In this document: in pieces, positions 1-11,300 of the stretch | Layout: the number at the start of each line of letters is the position of its first letter | Numbering within the stretch: position 1 is the first letter of the stretch | NCBI GenBank assembly: GCA_040954595.2 | Contig: CM082591.2 | Coordinates: 9,751,309 to 9,815,308, forward strand | Direction of reading: 5' to 3' | From: Balanoglossus misakiensis | Taxonomy: Eukaryota; Animalia; Hemichordata | Length of the DNA stretch: 64,000 nucleotides | Made by a program: the position numbers and the translations under genes | The notes under the pieces: generated by a model | Told to the model about the DNA's origin: nothing | The model's input: the letters and a program-made list of their open reading frames with translations, nothing else | Databases searched by the model: none

Positions 1-420
1 GCCTGCCTTGAAAGTTCTTGTCGTTGCAGAAGTGGTTTTGACAGAAAGAATTTAGTCTTCCGGGATGTTTGTGATTATTTGAACACCAGACAATACAATG
101 CAACCTTGACTTCCAAAATACTTACCGGCATTGCATTATCTTACCATGGTTAGGCCTACAGTGAACACATGTTCAACAATATTTTCTGAGTTCGTGGTAA
201 ATTAATTTTGTGGAGGTGACCGGCACTGAAGCTCTTAGCTAGGATGAGGTGGGATTGAAAAATGCCCCATTTTAGCTGTTTTAAAATATACGACTATTTA
301 TAGACAAAAGGAAAATAAAACAAGCGCAAAAACATACCAAACCTAGTTTTATTAATTAAAAACAAAATTGCTGAGTAAAGGTTTTCATGTGGGCATTCAC
401 TTTGAACTTGCTAAATTAAT

Positions 421-455
421 TTAAAGAGACAAAGTCGCTCTCTCTTTGTCCTTTT
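421..455 (+). mobile_element. Degenerate terminal fragment of a Kolobok-type (TTAA) DNA transposon, present in every unit
   Basis: TTAAAGAGACAAAGTCGCTCTCTCTTTGTCCTTTT matches about 31/35 to the terminus of the TTAA-flanked MITE at 52317-52671. No second end was found in the unit. Confidence 0.6.
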
Positions 456-1796
456 GCGATGATAGAATGCTTGCTTGAAGTCTCTCGTGCAATAAATGAT
501 GTCGATTCATACATGTATGGATGGTGTATAGGTGGTCGGAATTTACATGTCTTTGCCACGACCAAACCAACAACACGTAAAATCAAAGTTTGGGTCATGA
601 AATCGAGTTTTGTTACAGTCTGGAATTTCATGCCACCCCTTATGGTCATATTATTCTTGGTAGGCAAAAGTGACAAGTAGTCAAGTTTCAACACAGGCAA
701 CATTTTTTACAAACAAACCACAAAGAAGACATCAAAAGGGAGAGAATTATAGAATGGTCAATGTGTGAAAAGTTAAGATAGGTAAAGTGGCCGGGTTCAA
801 CATTAACTCATCGACTTCATATAGTCTTCATGCCATGGTTTTTGCCTGCCCTGAAAGTTCTTGTCGTTGCAGAAGTGGTTTTGACAGAAAGAATTTAGTC
901 TTCCGGGATGTTTGTGATTATTTGAACACCAGACAATACAATGCAACCTTGACTTCCAAAATACTTACCGGCATTGCATTATCTTACCATGGTTAGGCCT
1001 ACAGTGAACAAACTTTCAACAATATTTTCTGAGTTACCGCTGATATTTGTTTTGTAGTATGGATATTAAATTATACATCCCGATACAAAGCAGAATGTTA
1101 TAGAATCCTTCCTGAGTGATATTGAAAAAATTACCGGAATGCTACCGCCTAATCTATGGTTAGGGTTATTGCTATTATTTTATATCAGTAATCGACTTTG
1201 TGTATATCAATGTCATTTTCATAACGAAAATGAACTCGAGTCTAATGTAAACGTTACGAATTGATCGAAAGGCGCTCTGATGAATGTTAACACGAGTGCG
1301 CAGTGACAAGACATGCATCGTGCATGACAGTGACAACAGTTCCTATAGAGCAGTTAAAAAATAAACCGGCCGTCCGTAAATTTATCAGCTATATTTTTTT
1401 TTTATTTAGTCACGTTTTCCCTGTTGCATGCTATTAGTTCAGGGGCCAGTTTTAGCAGTGCTCTATTGAGTACTTTCGTATCGATGGATTGATCTCTCGT
1501 CCAATCAGAATGGCGGATGGTAGCATGATCCGACATATTGCGTATTACAATAGGGCTTCCTCATACAGGTCAGAACGGAGAGGTCATTCCTTTTATTTTA
1601 GGACGTCTCAGCTCCTTTGTCTTTTCTGTTATAGTGTTAAAGAAATCAAACGGTTTTGTTTTGGCCGGTAAACACCGATGGATTAACTCTTAAGTCCATC
1701 GTGCATCCAAACGCAGTCGAGTCGGTTTGGTCATTGTTTATGCGACAGTAAATGCCAAATGTGACAGAAGCATCATATTAAATGAGATAGAATACA

Positions 1797-1847
1797 CAAA
1801 CAAACAAACATACGAATAAACAAACAGGCAAACAAACAAACAAACAA
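1797..1847 (+). repeat. Imperfect (CAAA)n microsatellite, in every unit
   Basis: CAAA runs whose copy number varies between units (longer at ~30710-30740). Confidence 0.9.
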
Positions 1848-1853
1848 CCATTA

Positions 1854-2108
1854 TGGACTGTTCAGAATTTACTTCCAAGTTGGGGATGGAGGATTTTTTA
1901 TTTTCCTGGTGATTTATTTCCATGGTCTCCCCTAGTAAATTGTGGAGGAAATATGTGGTCCCTCCTTAAATTTCCTGGGGATTTTCCATGGTCCCCCTAT
2001 TGTGACTTTTATGTCTAGTCTCCCCTAATTTGTCTTGGAGAAAATGGGTGGTCCCCCCCCCCCCTCTGAAAATTCTCCGCCCCCTGGAAGTAAATTCTGA
2101 ACAGTCCC
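1854..2108. mobile_element. PIF/Harbinger-type MITE (~255 bp), one per unit
   Basis: 24-bp TIR GGGACTGTTCAGAATTTACTTCCA / TGGAAGTAAATTCTGAACAGTCCC (first G mutated in this copy, intact in e.g. the 4373 copy), with TTA on both sides. GG termini with a 3-bp TWA TSD are the Harbinger signature. Confidence 0.85.
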
Positions 2109-2212
2109 TTATTAAAGCCAACAGCTAGCACCCTGGCTTCTCTGCCAGAGGAGCGATAACATCGACAAAATGCAGATACACAAGAAATGAGCACTTTATT
2201 CCACAAGCGAAG

Positions 2213-2300
2213 TAGTCTGTTCCCTGCCCCATTCCCACCGCTGGCTGCGCCCTTTAGCGTAGCGCCGATGGCAGTGGGAATGGGGCAGGGGACCAGACTA
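2213..2300. mobile_element. 88-bp fold-back non-autonomous DNA element, TAG...CTA termini, 9-bp TSD (Academ/AcademH-like), one per unit
   Basis: TAGTCTGTTCCCTGCCCCATTCCCAC...GTGGGAATGGGGCAGGGGACCAGACTA is flanked by direct CAAGTGAAG (left copy CAAGCGAAG in this unit, perfect in most units). The superfamily assignment is inferred from termini and TSD length. Confidence 0.75.
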
Positions 2301-5300
2301 CAAGTGAAGAACCCCAGTAACAGACGTAACGAACAAACAAACTACATGTACTAACAACAAAGCAAGAAAAGTGTCAAGCGTCGTCAAAGAAAACGAAAAA
2401 GTTCTAGCATGGTTGGTAAAAGTTATTGGTAGAAAACGAATAGGGCCTTCTACAAATGACGTCTCAGACCCGCAAACGCCACCAGAACACAAAACACATG
2501 CACAGAACAGTTTAAGCCGGTTGTTGTATGGAGCAGCAATAATCTGCGGTTGGGCCGTCGTAGATTTTCGCTGGTGGTGAAAATAAATAAAACACGATCG
2601 ATGTTCGATTTATTCCAGATCACATGCGTTTACGGCCAGGAGAGAGCATAAAAGTCTTCAAATGACCATGTGGTGGCGCACTTTTTCCGATTGGCTGTAT
2701 TTCAATTTGTTCGTGGTAAATTAATTTTGTGGAGGTGACCGGCACTGAAGCTCTTAGCTAGGATGAGGTGGGATGGAAAAATGCCCCATTTTAGCTGTTT
2801 TAAAATATACGACTATTTATAGACAAAAGGAAAATAAAACAAGCGCAAAAACATACCAAACCTAGTTTTATTAATTAAAAACAAAATTGCTGAGTAAAGG
2901 TTTTCATGTGGGCATTCACTTTGAACTTGCTAAATTAATTTAAAGAGACAAAGTCGCTCTCTCTTTGTCCCTTTGCGATGATAGAATGCTTGCTTGAAGT
3001 CTCTCGTGCAATAAATGATGTCGATTCATACATGTATGGATGGTGTATAGGTGGTCGGAATTTACATGTCTTTGCCACGACCAAACCAACAACACGTAAA
3101 ATCAAAGTTTGGGTCATGAAATCGAGTTTTGTTACAGTCTGGAATTTCATGCCACCCCTTATGGTCATATTATTCTTGGTAGGCAAAAGTGACAAGTAGT
3201 CAAGTTTCAACACAGGCAACATTTTTTACAAACAAACCACAAAGAAGACATCAAAAGGGAGAGAATTATAGAATGGTCAATGTGTGAAAAGTTAAGATAG
3301 GTAAAGTGGCCGGGTTCAACATTAACTCATCGACTTCATATCGTCTTCATGCCATGGTTTTTGCCTGCCCTGAAAGTTCTTGTCGTTGCAGAAGTGGTTT
3401 TGACAGAAAGAATTTAGTCTTCCGGGATGTTTGTGATTATTTGAACACCAGACAATACAATGCAACCTTGACTTCCAAAATACTTACCGGCATTGCATTA
3501 TCTTACCATGGTTAGGCCTACAGTGAACAAACTTTCAACAATATTTTCTGAGTTACCGCTGATATTTGTTTTGTAGTATGGATATTAAATTATACATCCC
3601 GATACAAAGCAGAATGTTATAGAATCCTTCCTGAGTGATATTGAAAAAATTACCGGAATGCTACCGCCTAATCTATGGTTAGGGTTATTGCTATTATTTT
3701 ATATCAGTAATCGACTTTGTGTATATCAATGTCATTTTCATAACGAAAATGAACTCGAGTCTAATGTAAACGTTACGAATTGATCGAAAGGCGCTCTGAT
3801 GAATGTTAACACGAGTTCGCAGTGACAAGACATGCATCGTGCGTGACAGTGACAACAGTTCCTATAGAGCAGTTAAAAAATAAACCGGCCGTCCGTAAAT
3901 TTATCAGCTATATTTTTTTTTTATTTAGTCACGTTTTCCCTGTTGCATGCTATTAGTTCAGGGGCCAGTTTTAGCAGTGCTCTATTGAGTACTTTCGTAT
4001 CGATGGATTGATCTCTCGTCCAATCAGAATGGCGGATGGTAGCATGATCCGACATATTGCGTATTACAATAGGGCTTCCTCATACAGGTCAGAACGGAGA
4101 GGTCATTCCTTTTATTTTAGGACGTCTCAGCTCCTTTGTCTTTTCTGTTATAGTGTTAAATAAATCAAACGGTTTTGTTTTGGCCGGTAAACACCGATGG
4201 ATTAACTCTTAAGTCCATCGTGCATCCAAACGCAGTCGAGTCGGTTTGGTCATTGTTTATGCGACAGTAAATGCCAAATGTGACAGAAGCATCATATTAA
4301 ATGAGATAGAATACACAAACAAACAAACATACGAATAAACAAACAAACAAACAAACAAACAAACAACCATTAGGGACTGTTCAGAATTTACTTCCAAGTT
4401 GGGGATGGAGGATTTTTTATTTTCCTGGTGATTTATTTCCATGGTCTCCCCTAGTAAATTGTGGAGGAAATATGTGGTCCCTCCTTAAATTTCCTGGGGA
4501 TTTTCCATGGTCCCCCTATTGTGACTTTTATGTCTAGTCTCCCCTAATTTGTCTTGGAGAAAATGGGTGGTCTCCCCCTCTGAAAATTCTCCGCCCCCTG
4601 GAAGTAAATTCTGAACAGTCCCTTATTAAAGCCAACAGCTAGCACCATGGCTTCTCTGCCAGAGGAGCGATAACATCGACAAAATGCAGATACACAAGAA
4701 ATGAGCACTTTATTCCACAAGTGAAGTAGTCTGTTCCCTGCCCCATTCCCACCGCTGGCTGCGCCCTTTAGCGTAGCGCCGATGGCAGTGGGAATGGGGC
4801 AGGGGACCAGACTACAAGTGAAGAACCCCAGTAACAGACGTAACGAACAAACAAACTACATGTACTAACAACAAAGCAAGAAAAGTGTCAAGCGTCGTCA
4901 AAGAAAACGAAAAAGTTCTAGCATGGTTGGTAAAAGTTATTGGTAGAAAACGAATAGGGCCTTCTACAAATGACGTCTCAGACCCGCAAACGCCACCAGA
5001 ACACAAAACACATGCACAGAACAGTTTAAGCCGGTTGTTGTATGGAGCAGCAATAATCTGCGGTTGGGCCGTCGTAGATTTTCGCTGGTGGTGAAAATAA
5101 ATAAAACACGATCGATGTTCGATTTATTCCAGATCACATGCGTTTACGGCCAGGAGAGAGCATAAAAGTCTTCAAATAACCATGTGGTGGCGCACTTTTT
5201 CCGATTGGCTGTATTTCAATTTGTTCGTGGTAAATTAATTTTGTGGAGGTGACCGGCACTGAAGCTCTTAGCTAGGATGAGGTGGGATGGAAAAATGCCC

Positions 5301-8300
5301 CATTTTAGCTGTTTTAAAATATACGACTATTTATAGACAAAAGGAAAATAAAACAAGCGCAAAAACATACCAAACCTAGTTTTATTAATTAAAAACAAAA
5401 TTGCTGAGTAAAGGTTTTCATGTGGGCATTCACTTTGAACTTGCTAAATTAATTAAAAGAGACAAAGTCGCTCTCTCTTTGTCCTTTTGCGATGATAGAA
5501 TGCTTGCTTGAAGTCTCTCGTGCAATAAATGATGTCGATTCATACATGTATGGATGGTGTATAGGTGGTCGGAATTTACATGTCTTTGCCACGACCAAAC
5601 CAACAACACGTAAAATCAAAGTTTGGGTCATTAAATCGAGTTTTGTTACAGTCTAGAATTTCATGCCACCCCTTATGGTCATATTATTCTTGGTAGGCAA
5701 AAGTGACAAGTAGTCACGTTATAACACAGGCAACATTTTTTACAAACAAACCACACAGAAGACATCAAAAGGGAGAGAATTATAGAATGGTCAATGTGTG
5801 AAAAGTTAAGATACGTAAAGTGGCCTGGTTCAACATTAACTCATCGACTTCATATCGTCTTCATGCCATGGTTTTTGCCTGCCCTGAAAGTTCTTGTCGT
5901 TGCAGAAATGGTTTTGACAGAAAGAATTTAGTCTTCCGGGATGTTTGTGATTATTTGAACACCAGACAATACAATGCAACCTTGACTTCCAAAATACTTA
6001 CCGGCATTGCATTATCTTACCATGGTTAGGTCTACAGTGAACAAATTTTCAACAATATTTTCTGAGTTACCGCTGATATTTGTTTTGTAGTATGGATATT
6101 AAATTATACATCCCGATACAAAACAGAATGTTATAGAATCCTTCCTGAGTGATATTGAAAAAATTACCGGAATGCTACCGCCTAATCTATGGTTTGGGTT
6201 ATTGCTATTATTTTATATCAGTAATCGACTTTGTGTATATCAATGTCATTTTCATAACGAAAATGAACTCGAGTCTAATGTAAACGTTACGAATTGATCG
6301 AAAGGCGCTCTGATGAATGTTAACACGAGTGCGCAGTGACAAGACATGCATCGTGCGTGACAGTGACAACAGTTCCTATAGAGCAGTTAAAAAATAAACC
6401 GGCCGTCCGGAAATTTATCAGCTATATTTTTTTTTATTTAGTCACGTTTTCCCTGTTGCATGCTATTAGTTCAGGGGCCAGTTTTAGCAGTGCTCTATTG
6501 AGTACTTTCGTATCGATGGATTGATCTCTCGTCCAATCAGAATGGCGGATGGTAGCATGATCCGACATATTGCGTATTACAATAGGGCTTCCTCATACAG
6601 GTCAGAACGGAGAGGTCATTCCTTTTATTTTAGGACGTCTCAGCTCCTTTGTCTTTTCTGTTATAGTGTTAAATACATCAAACGGTTTTGTTTTGGCCGG
6701 TAAACACCGATGGATTAACTCTTAAGTCCATCGTGCATCCAAACGCAGTCGAGTCGGTTTGGTCATTGTTTATGCGACAGTAAATGCCAAATGTGACAGA
6801 AGCATCATATTAAATGAGATAGAATACACAAACAAACAAACATACGAATAAACAAACAGGCAAACAAACAAACAAACAAACAACCATTAGGGACTGTTCA
6901 GAATTTACTTCCAAGTTGGGGATGGAGGATTTTTTATTTTCCTGGTGATTTTTTTTCCATGGTCTCCCCTAGTAAATTGTGGAGGAAATATGTGGTCCCT
7001 CCTTAAATTTCCTGGGGATTTTCCATGGTCCCCCTATTGTGACTTTTATGTCTAGTCTCCCCTAATTTGTCTTGGAGAAAATGGGTGGTCCCCCCCCCTC
7101 TGAAAATTCTCCGCCCCCTGGAAGTAAATTCTGAACAGTCCCTTATTAAAGCCAACAGCTAGCACCCTGGCTTCTCTGCCAGAGGAGCGATAACATCGAT
7201 AAAATGCAGATACACAAGAAATGAGCACTTTATTCCACAAGTGAAGTAGTCTGTTCCCTGCCCCATTCCCACCGCTGGCTGCGCCCTTTAGCGTAGCGCC
7301 GATGGCAGTGGGAATGGGGCAGGGGACCAGACTACAAGTGAAGAACCCCAGTAACAGACGTAACGAACAAACAAACTACATGTACTAACAACAAAGCAAG
7401 AAAAGTGTCAAGCGTCGTCAAAGAAAACGAAAAAGTTCTAGCATGGTTGGTAAAAGTTATTGGTAGAAAACGAATAGGGCCTTCTACAAATGACGTCTCA
7501 GACCCGCAAACGCCACCAGAACACAAAACACATGCACAGAACAGTTTAAGCCGGTTGTTGTATGGAGCAGCAATAATCTGCGGTTGGGCCGTCGTAGATT
7601 TTCGCTGGTGGTGAAAATAAATAAAACACGATCGATGTTCGATTTATTCCAGATCACATGCGTTTACGGCCAGGAGAGAGCATAAAAGTCTTCAAATGAC
7701 CATGTGGTGACGCACTTTTTCCGATTGGCTGTATTTCAATTTGTTCGTGGTAAATTAATTTTGTGGAGGTGACCGGCACTGAAGCTCTTAGCTAGGATGA
7801 GGTGGGATGGAAAAATGCCCCATTTTAGCTGTTTTAAAATATACGACTATTTATAGACAAAAGGAAAATAAAACAAGCGCAAAAACATACCAAACCTAGT
7901 TTTATTAATTAAAAACAAAATTGCTGAGTAAAGGTTTTCATGTGGGCATTCACTTTGAACTTGCTAAATTAATTTAAAGAGACAAAGTCGCTCTCTCTTT
8001 GTCCTTTTGCGATGATAGAATGCTTGCTTGAAGTCTCTCGTGCAATAAATGATGTCGATTCATACATGTATGGATGGTGTATAGGTGGTCGGAATTTACA
8101 TTGTCTTTGCCACGACCAAACCAACAACACGTAAAATCAAAGTTTGGGTCATGAAATCGAGTTTTGTCACAGTCTGGAATTTCATGCCACCCCTTATGGT
8201 CATATTATTCTAGGTAGGCAAAAGTGACAAGTAGTCAAGTTTCAACACAGGCAACATTTTTTACAAACAAACCACAAAGAAGACATCAAAAGGGAGAGAA

Positions 8301-11300
8301 TTATAGAATGGTCAATGTGTGAAAAGTTAAGATACGTAAAGTGGCCGGGTTCAACATTAACTCATCGACTTCATATCGTCTTCATGCCATGGTTTTTGCC
8401 TGCCCTGAAAGTTCTTGTCGTTGCAGAAGTGGTTTTGACAGAAAGAATTTAGTCTTCCGGTATGTTTGTGATTATTTGAACACCAGACAATACAATGCAA
8501 CCTTGACTTCCAAAATACTTACCGGCATTGCATTATCTTACCATGGTTAGGCCTACAGTGAACAAATTTTCAACAATATTTTCTGAGTTACCGCTGATAT
8601 TTGTTTTGTAGTATGGATATTAAATTATACATCCCGATACAAAACAGAATGTTATAGAATCCTTCCTGAGTGATATTGAAAAAATTACCGGAATGGTACC
8701 GCCTAATCTATGGTTAGGGTTATTGCTATTATTTTATATCAGTAATCGACTTTGTGTATATCAATGTCATTTTCATAACGAAAATGAACTCGAGTCTAAT
8801 GTAAACGTTACGAATTGATCGAAAGGCGCTCTGATGAATGTTAACACGAGTGCGCAGTGACAAGACATGCATCGTGCGTGACAGTGACAACAGTTCCTAT
8901 AGAGCAGTTAAAAAATAAACCGGCCGTCCGGAAATTTATCAGCTATATTTTTTTTATTTAGTCACGTTTTCCCTGTTGCATGCTATTAGTTCAGGGGCCA
9001 GTTTTAGCAGTGCTCTATTGAGTACTTTCGTATCGATGGATTGATCTCTCGTCCAATCAGAATGGCGGATGGTAGCATGATCCGACATATTGCGTATTAC
9101 AATAGGGCTTCCTCATACAGGTCAGAACGGAGAGGTCATTCCTTTTATTTTATGACGTCTCAGCTCCTTTGTCTTTTCTGTTATAGTGTTAAAGAAATCA
9201 AACGGTTTTGTTTTGGCCGGTAAACACCGATGGATTAACTCTTAAGTCCATCGTGCATCCAAACGCAGTCGAGTCGGTTTGGTCATTGTTTATGCGACAG
9301 TAAATGCCAAATGTGACAGAAGCATCATATTAAATGAGATAGAATACACAAACAAACAAACATACGAATAAACAAACAGGAAAACAAACAAACAAACAAA
9401 CAACCATTAGGGACTGTTCAGAATTTACTTCCAAGTTGGGGATGGAGGATTTTTTATTTTCCTGGTGATTTTTTTCCATGGTCTCCCCTAGTAAATTGTG
9501 GAGGAAATATGTGGTCCCTCCTTAAATTTCCTGGGGATTTTCCATGGTCCCCCTATTGTGACTTTTATGTCTAGTCTCCCCTAATTTGTCTTGGAGAAAA
9601 TGGGTGGTCCCCCCCCCCTCTGAATATTCTCCGCCCCCTGGAAGTAAATTCTGAACAGTCCCTTATTAAAGCCAACAGCTAGCACCCTGGCTTCTCTGCC
9701 AGAGGAGCGATAACATCGACAAAATGCAGATACACAAGAAATGAGCACTTTATTCCACAAGTGAAGTAGTCTGTTCCCTGCCCCATTCCCACCGCTGGCT
9801 GCGCCCTTTAGCGTAGCGCCGATGGCAGTGGGAATGGGGCAGGGGACCAGACTACAAGTGAAGAACCCCAGTAACAGACGTAACGAACAAACAAACTACA
9901 TGTACTAACAACAAAGCAAGAAAAGTGTCAAGCGTCGTCAAAGAAAACGAAAAAGTTCTAGCATGGTTGGTAAAAGTTATTGGTAGAAAACGAATAGGGC
10001 CTTCTACAAATGACGTCTCAGACCCGCAAACGCCACCAGAACACAAAACACATGCACAGAACAGTTTAAGCCGGTTGTTGTATGGAGCAGCAATAATCTG
10101 CGGTTGGGCCGTCGTAGATTTTCGCTGGTGGTGAAAATAAATAAAACACGATCGATGTTCGATTTATTCCAGATCACATGCGTTTACGGCCAGGAGAGAG
10201 CATAAAAGTCTTCAAATAACCATGTGGTGGCGCACTTTTTCCGATTGGCTGTATTTCAATTTGTTCGTGGTAAATTAATTTTGTGGAGGTGACCGGCACT
10301 GAAGCTCTTAGCTAGGATGAGGTGGGATGGAAAAATGCCCCATTTTAGCTGTTTTAAAATATACGACTATTTATAGACAAAAGGAAAATAAAACAAGCGC
10401 AAAAACATACCAAACCTAGTTTTATTAATTAAAAACAAAATTGCTGAGTAAAGGTTTTCATGTGGGCATTCACTTTGAACTTGCTAAATTAATTAAAAGA
10501 GACAAAGTCGCTCTCTCTTTGTCCTTTTGCGATGATAGAATGCTTGCTTGAAGTCTCTCGTGCAATAAATGATGTCGATTCATACATGTATGGATGGTGT
10601 ATAGGTGGTCGGAATTTACATGTCTTTGCCACGACCAAACCAACAACACGTAAAATCAAAGTTTGGGTCATTAAATCGAGTTTTGTTACAGTCTAGAATT
10701 TCATGCCACCCCTTATGGTCATATTATTCTTGGTAGGCAAAAGTGACAAGTAGTCACGTTATAACACAGGCAACATTTTTTACAAACAAACCACACAGAA
10801 GACATCAAAAGGGAGAGAATTATAGAATGGTCAATGTGTGAAAAGTTAAGATACGTAAAGTGGCCTGGTTCAACATTAACTCATCGACTTCATATCGTCT
10901 TCATGCCATGGTTTTTGCCTGCCCTGAAAGTTCTTGTCGTTGCAGAAATGGTTTTGACAGAAAGAATTTAGTCTTCCGGGATGTTTGTGATTATTTGAAC
11001 ACCAGACAATACAATGCAACCTTGACTTCCAAAATACTTACCGGCATTGCATTATCTTACCATGGTTAGGTCTACAGTGAACAAATTTTCAACAATATTT
11101 TCTGAGTTACCGCTGATATTTGTTTTGTAGTATGGATATTAAATTATACATCCCGATACAAAACAGAATGTTATAGAATCCTTCCTGAGTGATATTGAAA
11201 AAATTACCGGAATGCTACCGCCTAATCTATGGTTTGGGTTATTGCTATTATTTTATATCAGTAATCGACTTTGTGTATATCAATGTCATTTTCATAACGA

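Larger units (their letters stand above)
787..3305. repeat. Representative full monomer (2519 bp) of the array
   Basis: GTGGCCGGGTTCAACATT occurs at 787 and again at 3306. Confidence 0.97.

Noticed and set aside
961-975. ATACTTACC resembling the U1 snRNA 5' end
   Set aside because: Similarity ends after 9 nt, with no U1 stem-loops or correctly placed Sm site. Better read as a minus-strand splice donor.
1158-1168. GGTTAGGGTTA: telomeric motif / telomerase-template-like on the minus strand
   Set aside because: Under two repeats, mutated in some units (GGTTTGGGTTA), and no pseudoknot or H/ACA domain recognisable by eye.
1266-1302. CTGATGA as hammerhead ribozyme core or snoRNA box C
   Set aside because: No stem II followed by GAAA, and no downstream box D at a suitable distance.
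2705-2750. GTG|GTAAATTAATTTTGTGG as spliced-leader RNA donor plus Sm site
   Set aside because: The Sm-like site is too close to the donor, and there are no convincing flanking stem-loops.
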